Shown: one piece after another, positions 1 through 14,479 of the stretch
Layout of the letters: the number at the start of each line of letters is the position of its first letter
Position numbering within the stretch: position 1 is the stretch's first letter
Source of the DNA: Camelus ferus
Taxonomy: Eukaryota
Direction of reading: 5' to 3'
NCBI RefSeq assembly: GCF_009834535.1
Contig: NC_045697.1
Span: 47,866,001 to 47,930,000, forward strand
DNA: 64,000 nucleotides
Position numbers and translations under genes: made by a program
Notes under the pieces: model-generated
The model's input: only the letters and a program-made list of their open reading frames with translations
Databases searched by the model: none
Told to the model about the DNA's origin: nothing

Positions 1-1398
1 CTCTGACCTCAGAAAAGTTGGGGTAGATTTAGACCACAGGCTTCTGGGTGCACATCAGAATGTTTACTCAAAACTCTTAACAGCAGCACTTTTGGGTTCT
101 GCTTTGATGAAACAGGGCAGGGCCCAGCCACTTAACATCTTGACCCATGCTGGTTTTCCAGGGACCACTTTCTGACATCACTATCCAAGAGGTTCACCTT
201 TCCCTCTTTTCTTCTCCTCCCATCCCTTTCTCTCCCCGACCTTACTTTCCCACAGTGGTTGCTTATCACATACCCACTCAGCCAACCAGTTAATAGCAAA
301 GATGACTGTGATATAACTTCCGATCTTGGAGGTACAAATTAACAAAATTCAAGCAGGTAAGTCTCAAATACACAGTCTCATTACTTAAACCTGCTTGAAG
401 CAGCTGAGCACGATGGTGACATTCTTTGTATGAACCAGAAGACTCTATCTCTGCACAAAGGCAATTTTCCCAAAAGCACGAGGAGACCTTATGCTACAGA
501 CCCAAATTCTCAGTTTTACTGCACTCGTCACAGTCCCCCCAGATCCAGATGCCAATCTGCATCTCTTTGTTAAGGTTTCCCCTTCTAGGGCATCTTCTGG
601 ATTAAATCTGCTGCAGGTTCCAGTAGTTGTGGCTCTGAGAGGATTGGGGAAATTCTGTCATCCTCATGCAGTCCAAGAACTATGGGAAGAGGGCAACATG
701 AAACCTCAAGCCAACTTCCAAGGGCATATTTTCAAAAGTTAGGTGTTGCCGCCTCGATGGCTTTTACTCTTGAGTGACCTGAATTGCTACTGGAGGGTTC
801 TGAGCAGAGGGGCAATAAAGGAGATTGAACTTTTCAAGCTTCCTCTGCTGGGTTTGGATCTCCAAATATTACTCAGCCCTGTATTTCCCACTGCTGTGTT
901 CTGCCAGTCTGATGGGAAATGTTATTCTTGTTCTGCCTGCTGGACTCAGTTCCTCTCCCTCCCCACTTACAATAAGCTCTGTCCCTCCATCTCTGTTTCC
1001 AGACTCTCCCTTAGCCACATGGACTCTCTACCTGCTGACCCCAGCTTCTCTCTTTTTGGCAACTCTGCTGAGAACAATATAGCCAGACTTGGCTGTTTCC
1101 TTGCTAACATAAACAATGTAATAGTTTATCATCTGAAAGCATTATTGAGTATGTGTTCAACATGGCATGGAATTCTCACCTTTTTCTCGGAGATCCCCTG
1201 GCCAGGATGACCCATATCTGTGAGTGGTCCCTCTCCCACACTGGCACCTTGACCTTGCTGAGCCTGTTGCCCAGCTTCTCATCTTTACAGTCTGCTTTGT
1301 AGAGATGTGCCCGCACTTTACTGTATGTGAATCACTGCCTTTTGGGTGTTATTTAGGAAAAAATAGCTGAACTAATTTATTATTGAAAATTAACTCTT

Positions 1399-1598
1399 CT
1401 TATATATAAAAATAGGTTTAAAAAAACAAGTCTCTTCTGTATAGCACAGGGAACTATATTCAATATCTTGCAATAACCTTTAATGAAAAAGAATATGAAA
1501 AGGAATATAGGTATGTGTATGCATGACTGGGATACTGTGCTGTACACCAGAAATTGACACACTGTAACTGACTGTACTTCAATTAAAAAAGAAAGAAA
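1399..1598 (+). mobile_element. Young 5'-truncated L1 3' end (cetartiodactyl/camelid type)
   Basis: Characteristic 3'UTR (tatagcacagggaactatattcaatatcttg...tgctgtacaccagaaattgacac), A-rich tail, and a perfect 14-bp TSD gaaaattaactctt at 1385-1398 and 1599-1612. Confidence 0.9.
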
Positions 1599-1699
1599 GA
1601 AAATTAACTCTTGATACTGTTATAGAAAATCTGGAAAATACAGAAAGGCTTAAATGGGAAAAATATTTGCAAACTTCTCTAATCCCACTAACAAATTTA

Positions 1700-2050
1700 A
1701 ATGCATTTTCCAAAATTATATATGTATGTATAGCATGTTTTACAAAATTACAATATATTATGTATATCTATATTTGTGTTCTGCTTTTTTTCACTTCATA
1801 TCATAAAATGGGCACTTCCCCATCATGGTAAAGAAATAATTTTCAGTAGCTTCACTGGATTCCACTGTGTGATTGCATCATTATTTAATCAATTTCTTGC
1901 TTAAGCATTTTGATTATTTCCAAGTTTTTGATATTGCAAATATGTTAAAACAAATGATCTATATATAAATATCTGAAGGGGTCTCTGACAACTTCATTCC
2001 ATTAAATTTCCAGAAGGGGAATTACTGAGTCAAGGGCTAAAAGCATATTT
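1700..2050 (-). mobile_element. Old L1 (L1ME-like) 3' fragment
   Basis: Antisense L1M motifs such as ttcccatcat, ttatttccaagtttttgatattgcaaat and aattactgagtcaagggc. Confidence 0.55.
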
Positions 2051-4989
2051 AGGACAGGCTGAGACTCTTTAAATGAAGACTCCAAATCTGAACAGGAGTG
2101 AACAGAGTCACAGAGGACTGTCCAGTCCCCTCAGGATCCTGACCATGGGCAGGAAGTAAAGTTGAAGAGGGCATTCTAGGAATTCCCAGGTAAGTAAAGA
2201 TTCTAATTTATTTAAACTGATTTCTAAAGACCTGCACCTGCTGAAGCATATTAATGAAAGTTGATGAAGTAGCTTCAGCTCTCAGGGATAGCAGATGGAT
2301 AAACACACCAGGCCTCGCAACACTGCTGGCTTCCAAGTTCTCCTTTTAAATAAGTAATGGGCATCAGGCAAAAAGGTAATCATCTTCGACCCCCCTCTCT
2401 CAGCCCATACAGTGAGACACCAGTTGACCTTTGCTCTGATTCCTAATTAAATTCTGAGGTTATACTAAATCTGAAGAGCAGCTATTCAATGGCAATGAAA
2501 AATCTGTAAAGCATTAACAGTCTATCAGGAATAGGTGAGAACAGCAAACTGCTCAAGTACTTGCAACATCAGCAAAAGAAGGAGAGTTGGATTTCATGCA
2601 GACACATCACAGCAGAGAATCAGAGGGTGATTTTTCTCCCCTTGAATTCTGTACAATTGTCTTCTGAGTGATTACTCTCCTACCACCATACATGGATCCT
2701 CAAAACACATACACCTGTGATGCAAATCAAACTACTTCCCTCTTTCAGATAAGGCCATGCAGACAAACAGATTATTTCACTCGTCCCAAATCATCTAGGT
2801 GAGCTAGATTCGTTTCCTTCAACTTTTATTTTAATACCTCCTATGGGTCAGGCACTGACCTTTTTGGGGGGATTTGCAAAGCGGATTAAAACAGGATTTC
2901 TGACTTGAGGAATCAAAGTCTAGTCATAGAAGCAAAAACTCTGATGTGTCCAAGTATACTTAGGGAGCAGTAGAAGCAGCAATATATTGAGAAGGAAGTA
3001 AGCTAAACAAAGCCTTGACATCAACATTTGTTGGTAGGCAAAAATTACAAATGCATCAGGAATATGATAACCAAAAAATATATATATAAATGTGGATGTA
3101 GTGCACTAATTCATTCTCACTACTGACCCTGGAGATCAGATATATTTACGCCCAAATTAAGGCCTGTAAAGATGAATAACTACTCTTTGGATCTTTTTTC
3201 AATGTAATACTCTTCATAAAAGCTCACAATAAACATCAATTTCCATATAATTAAAATCACGGCCTTTATTCACATAACAGGATAATGCCACATCATACAA
3301 GATGCTGGTCCGAGAAATACAGATTGAAATGGGCAGATCTGTTTGCAATTACAAATGCCTTAGGGAAATAGTTAACTCTAGCTAATTCAGTGATAGACTA
3401 GAGTTTATGATTATCTAGACACTTGTCCTCTCTCCTATTCTCTCCTTCACATTGCTTGGCCTTCCCCATTTGCTATTTACCACTTTCAACAGGGCTTGTA
3501 GAGCAGTAGAAAGGTGAGGTCAAACAACCATAGTGGTTCTAATGAAAGGGATTGATAGAAGATAAAACCGAAGCATAGACAATAATATTTTAAAAGTTTG
3601 GAAATTATTATAGAATTTTAACTAACTTTGACACTTCCAAGGCTTTTTACCTGAAGAATGGAAAATAAGCTATTGCTGCCACTAAACATGAATAAGCCTG
3701 AGTTTTCCAAATTTAACTGTCTAGTCGCTATTCAAATGTAAGCTGCTTGTGTTATATTTTTAGAGGGGTCCAGAAAGTCCAGGGTCCATGCTTAGCTTTA
3801 GAAAATTGAATGAATGTCACTGTCATGGAACATTTTCATGCAATAATGGTCTCCCTACTGCTAGACAACGGCTGAAGCAAATCTGCTGATGAGAAATAAA
3901 TGGGGAAGCAAAGCAGTGGGTATTTCCAGAGCTGGAAACACTGACTCTTTCAAGGCACTCAATCATTCCGACTTTGTTTCTGTTTCTCAGGAAGTGAGTG
4001 ATGAAAAATGAATTGTGTTAGGTCAATAGATGCTGGCAGGATCCATACACGCTTTTGCATCATACTCTCACTTGATGGCTGCTGTCAAGAAGACTAGCTT
4101 ATAAAGCAGGACCACAGCGAGAGCAGCACTCCCGCCAGAGAGAAGGCAGTCTGCTCTGGCTGGCTCATCTATTTTACGTTATAGATCAATGTTTATTCAT
4201 CTTCATTTCTGATGCTATCTTTGGTTGAAGAAACAAGGCTCAGCAATTTGGGATCACCTAGCCATCTGAATCAGCTGTCACAATACTGGTTTGAGAGTTT
4301 CAAAGATAAGCTGATGCTTTACTTCTTCAAAGGAATGGTTCTTATCATGCTTAATCAAAGAGTTACTGTGTCTCATGCATTGATGGCTAGGACTTCGTGC
4401 ACTATGACTCAAGAGTTCAGCCCTATCTCATGGAGCCATTCACTTCATGTTGGTTGGAGGTCCATCCAAGAAAACTAAATTCTTGCCTCAGCATTATCTT
4501 GCAAAGTAAAATCTGAGTGTGTGCTTACAAGTTCCTGCTGTATCACTTTGCAATCTTAGTAGAAAGGAAAGGAATGCATTCCCTATATTGTTGAGCTCTG
4601 ACTTCATAACAGACCTACAGTATAGTCATGTAATTTCAATATCTCAAACACACAAACAGACAAAAAAGCACTCCCCAAATCTTGGATGCTGGGGAGAAAA
4701 AGAGTTTTAAAAAAGGACTTATAGTGAATTCCTATCTCTAGCTAACTCACCAGCTGCTCCCATTTCCTTTTTTCCTTGCTCCTTCAACTACATAGCCAGT
4801 ATCACTTCAGCCTCATGCTTGTCAGTGAGATCCAAATGAAAACATGAACCAATAAACATGCTTAATTATTTCCAATGAAAGAAAGAAAGGTAGGAAGAAA
4901 GAGAGAATGGAAGAAAATAGAAAAAAATATAGAATCCTTCCCTCCATCCTGCATCCCTTTATCAATATTTGGGGAGGAGTAGACATTCT

Positions 4990-5480
4990 CCTGAGTAGAC
5001 TTACTCAGCACTCATCTCCTCCTGTCTAAGCTTGCAGTGTGGGGTCCACCCCATTCCTGAGGGTCTTATGCTTGTGGGTAGCTGACTCTATTCCCAGATC
5101 TAGACTCATCCTCTTTGCCAAAGTTCAGATAAACTAGTTTAGGAAAATATGAAATTTTCTTGTCCATGAGGATTAGGTCATGAATGGGCTGTGATAACTT
5201 GGCTTTCTCTCTCTTCTGAGAAAGCCTCCAAAAGGCCACCAGCACACTTTCTCTTTCTGGATCTTGTGTTCTTCTGAGCTAAGTCCTGTTACAGTCATTT
5301 TGTCACCCGGAAGAAAACCAAACTTGAAATAATCTGACACTATGGAAAGCAGAATTACAAGATGATCATAAACTTTTAAAATGACACTGCCAAGCCTAAA
5401 ACCTGCCCTACTCTGAATTTTCCAGGTATGTGAGCCAATGAATTCCTTTATTATTTGAATTCAATTCTCTGTTACTGACA
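4990..5480 (+). mobile_element. MaLR (MLT1-like) LTR relic
   Basis: Ends with MLT-like tgtgagccaatgaattcctttattattt...ttctctgttactgaca. Confidence 0.5.
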
Positions 5481-5539
5481 CCAAAAAAATAAAATTAAGG
5501 AAAAATCGTACATCATAAGAGGTTTTTATAGTATGTCCT

Positions 5540-6220
5540 AAATATGTTCTTTATCTACTGCCTTCTCTCCTTCCCTAATTGTCACTGCCCATGTTCAAGC
5601 CTTACCACCTTTCTCCTTAATTTTACCATATAATACTTAGCAAGTTTCTCTGACTTTAATTTCTTTCAACCTTTTCATTACATAGCTATCAGATGCTCAT
5701 TTTAATATGGAAATCTGATCACCACAGTTCCTTCCCCAGGACTCCTCTCATGAAGCTCCGTTGTACACAAGATGAAATTTAAATCCCTGATCCTAGTTTG
5801 CAAGTGCGTAATGATCTCCCTCCTGCCTGCCCATCCAGTTTCATCACTAACCATTCCCTCTGCCACACCTCTCCCAACACACACATAAGAACTCACCACA
5901 TTCTCGAAATTCTGAATTACATGTAGTTCTTAAACATATGTACCTCTTTTGTTTTGGTAACTGCTCATCTGCTATTCCCTCTGTTGGAATTCTAGAACTC
6001 TTACCCACTGCTTATCCAATGGGCAAATTAATGTTCATCCTAGCCCAACCTCTTCTATGAAGCTTATTCTAATTTTTCCATATTATCCATATATGACTAT
6101 TTTCATACAAGACCAAGTTTTTTGAAGGCAGGAACTATGTTTAATTCACCTTTATAACCCTGCTGCTTAGCAATCAGTATCTGGCATAGGTCCTCTATGT
6201 CTGAATAAAGAATAAATGCA
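5540..6220 (+). mobile_element. L2 LINE 3' fragment
   Basis: L2 motifs aaatctgatcac, ttgaaggcaggaactatgt and tctggcatagg...tgaataaagaataaatg. Confidence 0.7.
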
Positions 6221-7089
6221 AGTCATAAACGGATGAATCCGCTACAAAGACTGAACTCTTACTTGGATTATTGGATCTACATGATAAATAGTTGATTAAA
6301 ATAATAACCATTAAGAAGCTGGCTAAGCCCTTCAGATGCCTTCCCCAGAGCCTTCGTCCCTGAGAGGCATTTTCGTAGCTGCTGCAGGTACTGTTTTTGT
6401 CCTCCTGGAGTGCTTTCCTACTCCCCCTCCTTCTTCTAGAATTACTCCCTGACCTTGACCTAAGAGGCAGATATGTGATTCTAGGCCAGTTTTGTTTTCT
6501 TTTTTTTTTCTCTTTTTATCTTGTGGGCCAGTTTTTCTCTTCCAAGAATTTGACTCTTAAGCAGAGACCTCTAGGACCTACCTGAGTCAGCTGATGGAAA
6601 CATACTTGATAGCCATATCTGTGAACTTCTAAGGCTGAGAAATCTGGTTATTTTGATTCTTGACCTTTCCAAAGCTTCCTAAAGTTTAGTTGTCTGGTAC
6701 TTCTATTCTGTGGCCTACTTCCAGTGTCCTTCCCATAAATCACCTTTTGTTGTTAAAAAAGAATTGGGTCTGTTTCTTGTAGTCACAGAATTTTAACTGA
6801 CGATACTTTTTCAATACATGGTAATTTAGGGTACTATACTGTAAGGTAACATAAATAGAACATACATTACTTTTGATCAATAAGTCAGGCTATTTCCCAC
6901 CGTGCAAGGAAATACCTAGCCCAGTGCCTCACATACAATAATAAATACTTGCTGAATGAATATACTTCCAGGTGTGGGGATTTAGGGACTGATGATGTCA
7001 CCACAGGAAATGGGGCAAAGGTCTTTTGACTGTTACATTATTCTACCTCTCCCATTCCTTCATTTAAAAATCACTTAGTGACCACACAG

Positions 7090-7600
7090 CAGGTCTTCAA
7101 GGAGCTTCCACTCTAGTTAGTTAAATCATGGAATTAAGAACAGACACAGTCCTGAGCTCTTAGAGTTGAGTTATTGCAGTACAATAAAATACATGCAATA
7201 AGTACTAATATTAGGTAAGCAGATGGTACAGTGAAAGTTCACAGGTGTAGCACCTAGTTCAGACTTTTGCATTCAGGGAAGATTTCCTGAAAGAAGTGAA
7301 ATCTAGTTTGAGACCTGAACAGATTACCTGGCAAAGCGGTTGGGAAGGATTATTCCAAATAGGAGTCACATGCACAAAGGCTAGAGGAGAAAAAGCATGA
7401 TATCTTCGGGAAACCACCACAAATATCATTACGTATGGAACTGAGGGTGGGGTTAAGTGAGACAAGGCTAGAGAGTTAGGTACAGATTATCATGGATCTT
7501 GAAGGCTGAGGCAACATGGAACCAACCAAACATCTTAAACAATGAAATAATAAAATTGATACAGATACACTGGGAAGAACAGGTAGGAACAGGAGAAGCT
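7090..7600 (-). mobile_element. L2 LINE fragment
   Basis: Antisense L2 motifs tcagggaagatttcctgaaagaagtga...gagacctgaa and tgcacaaaggc. Confidence 0.6.
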
Positions 7601-7626
7601 GCAGAAAGTGAAACTACTTAAATCTG

Positions 7627-8035
7627 TACTGTCCTATTATTATAGCCATCACTAGGTAGCTATTGAGCTCTTCAGATATGGCTAGGACAAACTGAGATGG
7701 CTGCAAGTGTAAAACACTGGACTCCACCAGGCGGGCAAAAATACTGTAAAATATGTCAATAATTTATATATATAAACACACACACACATATATATATACA
7801 TACATATATATATATATATAAATTATTGGTGTGTATATATATATACACACCAATAATTTTATAGTGATTACATGTTGAAATAATATTTTGGATATATTGG
7901 GCTAAATAAAATAAATTATAAGAATTAATTTCTCCTCTTTTGTCTTACGGTTTTTAATGTGGCTATTAAAAAATTTAAAAACATGTATGTGACTTGGGTT
8001 TGTGGCTTACACTGTATTTCTATTCAATAATGCTG
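7627..8035. mobile_element. hAT-Charlie MER33/MER3-like DNA transposon with an internal (TA)/(CA) microsatellite
   Basis: Motifs gattacatgttgaaataatattttggatatattggg and tttttaatgtggctattaaaaaatttaaaa...tgtggcttacactgtatttctatt. Confidence 0.7.
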
Positions 8036-8049
8036 AGTTAAAGGATTCC

Positions 8050-8500
8050 TTCAGCAATCTTTGTAAAATGATGAAAGCTTAAACTAACTTAGATATAATC
8101 TGAGTGAGCTTATAGAAGAGATATAAAGTTTAGGATCATTAGGTCATGCTGATGGTTGGATGAGAAAGGACAATGAGTGGCAAGAGTTAAGGATGGCTCC
8201 CATGTATCTACCTTGGGAATTGAATGCATGCTAGTGATCCTCAAAGAGATAGGAGAGGAGCACATGTAAGAATAGTCCAATTTTGGATAACTGAATTTGA
8301 AAGCCTCAACACCCAGCTGGAAAAGTTGGCTAGCCAGATGTATATACGAATGTGGAGTTCAGGAGACAGAGCTGGTGAATTTACACATTTGACGATCATC
8401 AGACTACATGTTGTGTTTAAAGCACTGGGTACAACTGAGAATGCCCAGAGGAAAAAGAGGACTGAGGAGCAACCTGTAACAAATACAGACTTCATAGGCT
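8050..8500 (-). mobile_element. L2 LINE fragment (continuation of the 7.1-7.6 kb element)
   Basis: Motifs ttttggataactgaatttgaaagcc, tggagttcaggagacagagctgg and gtttaaagc. Confidence 0.55.
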
Positions 8501-11500
8501 ATCATGCAAATACCAACATATTTTCTAAGGCAGTGTTTCCCAAACTATGTTTTGCAGAACATTAATTCCGTAAGATACTCCTAAGGGAAAAAAAAAATTC
8601 TGTGGCAAAATGCTGGGAAAAACATTGCCCACTAAAGATGATAATACACAGCAACATATTACCATATTAAAGGCTCTGAGACATCTGCTCATGAAGAAGG
8701 CTCTTTCAGCTAGCATGTTCATCATACTTGACTACAGAAATCTTCCTTTTCTCCCACAGATATTTGTTAGTATTTTAAGAAACACACTCAAGCAACACAC
8801 TTTGAAAAGTGTTTTTCTACTGAAATCTAATCCTTTAGTAGGATAAAAGGTCAAACAAAATTATAGCAAATGTATGGCTTTTAGAGCATATTTATAAAGA
8901 AATTACTTTGTCATTTCTGTCAAATAGATGTATTTTTCTAGGTTCCTCTATGCAAGCCTCAGCATATTTGGGGACATTTCATGCTTTTTAGAATTTAAAG
9001 TGCTTAAATTAAAATAAATACCAGATTTTCCATTAGTAGCTTACTATCAATGCTAAAAAACTGTTACAAATTCATTACAAAGAAAACTTCTTTAAGTTGA
9101 ATATGGGCTATCTGATGGTCTAATAAAAGATTATCCCATAAAAACAAAGTTTGAAGGATAGAAATAATTTTCCATGGCAGCCATTAAAATTGAGAAGAGG
9201 AACAGTTGTTTTTTCCTTATAAACTGCTTATTTAGTTAAAAAATGTGCAAGCCACTATAGCTTACATTACTTATGGTGCCTTTGGTATGCTGATTCAGAA
9301 AATGAGTTGGGTAATAACACACCTTATAAGAGGCAGCAGATGGCATAATAGTTTCCCTTGCTTAGCAACTAATATGTTATCCACTATGGGCACTGTCCAG
9401 ATTTCCATGCTAATGTACAGTATAAGATCACTTAACAACAGGAAGCCCCAGCACTGACAGCCAAGGGTATAGGTACAAGAGTCAGGTGTTACAAAAATAA
9501 CAACAGGCCGTATCAAAACAAAGTTCAGGCTTAAATTTTACATTTCCTTTGGATTTAAGGTGTCTTGAAATGCCATAGTTTTTAAAGTCATTTTAAAACC
9601 TGAATCATGCCATCATTTTGTATTTATGCAGTATATTTACAGAAGATGTTGAATAAATTGGATCTTACTTTTCCTCAAAAAATTCCTACATGATAGCTGA
9701 GGAGTTCGGGGAGGAAGGAAAAGCACTAGACATAAAATATCTGGTTCTTGGACTCACTAGCTGATTTATCTGGAGTAAATACTTAACTTCAAGTCTCTAT
9801 TTCCACATTAGTAAATTAAGAGTATCTATCAGTCCTACCCACTTCACAGGAGTATTGTGAGGACCAAAACAAAACAGATTTCAGTAGGATATAAGCTCAA
9901 TGAAGTCACAGATTTCTGTCTTTTGGGGTTCACTGCTGTATCTGTAATACCTAGAAGTGTACCTGGCACACAGTAATCATTCAGTAACTGTTGTGAAAAT
10001 GTCTTGAATATTATAGAGATGTAATGTATTATAAGCAAGTATCATTGTCACTAAACTACAGAAGGGAAAAAAGGCAGGAAGATGGTAAGTGGCTTGCTCA
10101 AGTTATTTCTTAAGTCAGAATGGAGTTAAGACTAGATTTCAAGATAGGTCTCTTGACATTTTATTTGACCATTCAATTTTTTTAAGAGTACATACTACAG
10201 GTTTTTTCAGAGGGTATAGTACACACCAGGCATGGTTCTAGGAACTGGATATATAGTGGTAAAAATATCTACATGAGAGTCACACATGGGACACAGATAT
10301 TAAATAAATGAACACACAAATTGTAATAAGCACTATAAAGGAAGAACAGCATCTGATGACAAAACAACAGAGTGAAGGTTCCCTAACTTACATCTAGACT
10401 ATATGTTTAAGATAAAATTTATTAACAAAATCAGCTCACTCTTTTGACAAGATGTGTGTTTTTAGAGAATATTCATTCATTTTTACATATATCACTATTT
10501 CAAGCTATCACCAAATCAGGAGCTTATCAATATCACCTAGAATTAATCATCCAAGACAGATCTATTAAAATAAACATCTGGAAAAACAATGACAGCATTA
10601 TTCACTCACCCCTACCATTTTAGTTCTCACAACTAGAAGCTCAATGATGTTTATTGACCTTAATAATAAAACTTGGCTATTAAGTCTCAAAAAAGTGCCT
10701 TCAAAATTATAAACTATTGTTAAACAAAATTCACAACATGCTTTACTTTTAGTAAGCACTCAAAGGGTTTCACTCTATTGCATTTTATTCTTTTAGAATG
10801 TTGAGGGTTATCATTGGTATACTCAAACATCATTTTCCCATGGGAACACATATTTGTTAAATGAGTAGCTTTCTCTTGTAAATGGATTTTTTCCAAGCTA
10901 AAGACATGTAATGAAGGCTCTGATTTATTATTTCTTTGAATTCTCAATGAATCCATTGAGATGACTTGACAAGTCCACCTGCTTTTTTTAATGGTTAATT
11001 TAGGCTTTTAATCAATGCAAAATTACTTTCTACTTTGCAGGCAATATTGGGAGAAGAGTAAAAGTTGAAATCAACCCTTTCTTTTAAAATGAACATAAAG
11101 GGAACATTGTATTTTGGATTAAAGAGCAATTGCTGGCAAATACACTCTCTTAGCATGACGTGGTTGACGGCTAGAATTTTAAGGTCAGATACTGCCAATC
11201 ATCAGTAAGTTTTTTAAAATTTAATAATAATAAAGGCAGAGCATTTTACTAAACAATTTAAGAGTAAAAAATAATCCAAACTTTGTGGGTAAAAACTGGA
11301 TTTATATGACAAGACTTCCATTTACATGGAAGTAGAAAAATAGATTTAAATACCCATCAGAAAAGGGTGTGATAGACTTTTAAAAATCTCGTATAAGAGA
11401 GTAAGTTTTCAAAATCTTTCTGTTCAATAATCTGTTACTCTAAGAAACTATAATTTATAATCTTAAATAACTTCTACCCAGAATCATTAATTTCTTTTTT

Positions 11501-11819
11501 AATCAACTTTACTGAGGTATATTTTAATAAAGTGCCCATTTTAAGCATACAATCAGTTCTTCCATAACTCAGCCCAAGTAGTCCTAAAAATCATAATGCA
11601 ATACAAATTCCCTCAACAAAAAAAGAAGGAGCCAGAGGGAAAACGAGGTTAGAAGAATAATGAAGACTGTCATTCACACACACAAAAACAAAAGAACAGG
11701 AGGAGGGAAAGGGAGAATGGAGAGGGGAAGAAGGGGGAGGAGGAGCTGGAGGGGGAAAAAAGATATTACCTAATAAAAAGGTAGCACATTTTAACAACCT
11801 TAAACCAGTTAGAACTAAA

Positions 11820-14470
11820 AGACACAGAACTCTCTACTCAGCAAGTACACGTACAGCACTCTCTAGGACAGACCATATGACAAACCTCAATAAATTTAAA
11901 AGGATTGAAATCATACCAACTGCGTTCTCCAACTACTACAATTGAAATTAAAAATTAATAACAAGAAAATTTAGGAAACTAACAAAGATATAGAAATTAA
12001 ATAACACACTACTAAATAACCAATGGGTCAAAGAAGAAAATACTTTGAGATGAATGAAAATGAAAACACAACATACTAAAACTTATGGTATACAGCTGAA
12101 GTGAAAGTTTAAATGCCTACATTAAAAAAGAAAAAGGATATCAAATCAATAACCTAAACTACCACCTTAAGACATTAGAAAAACAAGAGTAAATTAAACC
12201 TATAGCAAGCAGAAGGAGGGACATAATAGATTAGAGTAGTAATAAATCAAATAGAGAATAGAAAAATAACAGAGACAACTAATGAAACCAAACCTTGGTT
12301 CTTTGAAAAAATCAATAAAACTGACAAACTTTAAACACATCACTATTGACCATACAGAAAAGGATAATAAGGGAATACTATGAACAAGTGTATGGCAACA
12401 AATTAGGTAACTTAGATGAAATGGACAAATTCCTCAAAAGGCACAAACTACCAAACTAACTTAAGAAGTAAAAGAAAATCCAAATAGACCTAGAACAAAT
12501 AAAGATATTAAATTAGAAATAAAAAATTACCTAGAAGAAAAGCTCAGACCTAGATGGCTTCACTGGTTAATTCAACCGAGTATTTTTTTAAACAATAACT
12601 TGTCACAAACTGTCATAAAAATAGAAGACAGAGCATTTCCCAACTCATCCTAAGAGGCCAGTATTACCCCAATACCAAAACCACTCAAAGATTTCACAAG
12701 AAAGAAAACTACATACCAGTATTTCCTCTGAATATAGAAGCAAAATTGCTCAACACAATACTAGCAAACTGAATCCAGCAATACATAAATAAACAGGATT
12801 ATACAACATAATCAAGAGGGATTTATCTCAAAAATGCAAGGTTGACTTAACATCCAAAAACCAATGAATATGGCATGTCAATAGAATAAAGGACAATTCC
12901 CACAGAATCATCACAATAGATGCAGAACAAGCCTTTACAAATTTTCAACATTAGTTCATAATAAAAATACTCAAGAAACTAAGAATAGAAGGAAACTTCC
13001 TCAACATTTAATAAAGGGCATCTACAAAAACACTCAGCTAATCATACTTAATGACGAAAAATTGAGTGCCTTTCTCCTAATATCAGATACAAGGCAAGGA
13101 TGTCCCCTCTTGGCATTTCTATTCAACACTGTACTGTAGTTTCTAGTCAGACAGATTAGAGGAAAAAAATGAAATAAAAAGCATCTATATTGCAAAAAAA
13201 AAAGCAAAATTATGTCTATTCACAGATGACATATAGAATGATCCTGAATAAAGAAAATCCTAAGGAATACACACACACGCACACACACACACACATACAA
13301 TTAAGAGTAATATTGAGTTCAACAAGGTTACTGAATACAAGAGCAATACACAAATACAAAAGTCAATTGTAGGTCTATACAATACCAATGAATAATCCAA
13401 AAGTGAAATTGAAAAAATGATTCCATTCATAAGAACATCAAAAAGAAAATACTTACGAATAAATTTGACAGAAGTGCAAGTCTTGTGCAGCAAAAACTAC
13501 AACATATCACTGAAGAAAATAAAGACCTAAATAAATGGAAATGCATTCTGTATTCATAGACAGAAAAACTTAATATTATTAAGATAGAAATACTCTTCAA
13601 ATTGATCTACAAATTCAACACAACCTCTAGATTCCACAACCACCACAGATTCTAGCAAAACTCTAGCTGAGGAGAAAAAGCACATCTTTAGCCATCAGGG
13701 AAATGCAAATCAAAACCATAGTAAGATACCAATTCACATCCACTAGGATGGCTATAATCCAAAAGACAGATTAATGACAAGTGCTGGTAATGATGTGGAG
13801 AAACTGGAATGCTCACACGCTGCTGGTAGGAATATGATACAGCCACCTTGGAAAACAGCCTAGAATATCCTCCAAAGATTAAACAGAGTTAACATTTGGC
13901 CCAGCAATTCCACTGTCAGGTATATACTCGGTGAAATAAAAACATATGTCCACAAAAAACTTGTACACAAATAACATAGTACCATTGTTCACAACAGTCA
14001 AATAATGGAAACAATCCAAATGTTCATCAGTTGACGAATGGTTAAACAAAATGTGATGTAGCCATACAATAGACTATTATTCAATAATAAAAATAAATGA
14101 AGCACTGATACATGCTATAAGCATAGATAGATCTTGAAAACATTATGCTAAGTGAAAGAACCCAGTCACAAAAGACCACATATGATTCCATTTATATGGA
14201 ATGTCCAGAATAGACAAATTCACAGAGATAGAGTTTAGTGGTTGCCTAGGGCTGGGGGAGGGTATGTTGGAAAAATGAAGAATGACTGGATAGATTTCTT
14301 CTTGGGGTTATGAAAATGTTCTCAGATTCATTATGGTGATGGTTGTACAACTCTGAATACACTAAAAAAACAAAACAAGCAAACAACCCTGAATCTATAC
14401 TTTAAGTGGGTGAATTATATGGGATGTGAATTATATCTTAATAAAGCTGCTATAAAATTCCAATTAAAAA
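11820..14470 (+). mobile_element. Degenerate L1 (L1MA/MB-like): ORF2 remnants plus 3'UTR
   Basis: ORF2 landmarks (aataaccaatgggtcaaagaagaa; gatggcttcactggt; aaggcaaggatgtccc; gaaatgcaaatcaaaacc) and 3' end (tgtgaattatatcttaataaagctg). Many stops and frameshifts, an internal deletion near 13620-13690, and (CA)n at about 13269-13296. Confidence 0.9.
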
Positions 14471-14479
14471 TAAAATGCA

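Noticed and set aside
491..1210. Overlapping ORFs of 83-155 aa
   Set aside because: No recognisable domain, the 155-aa ORF starts at GTG rather than ATG, and the region looks like decayed LTR/ERVL-type sequence.
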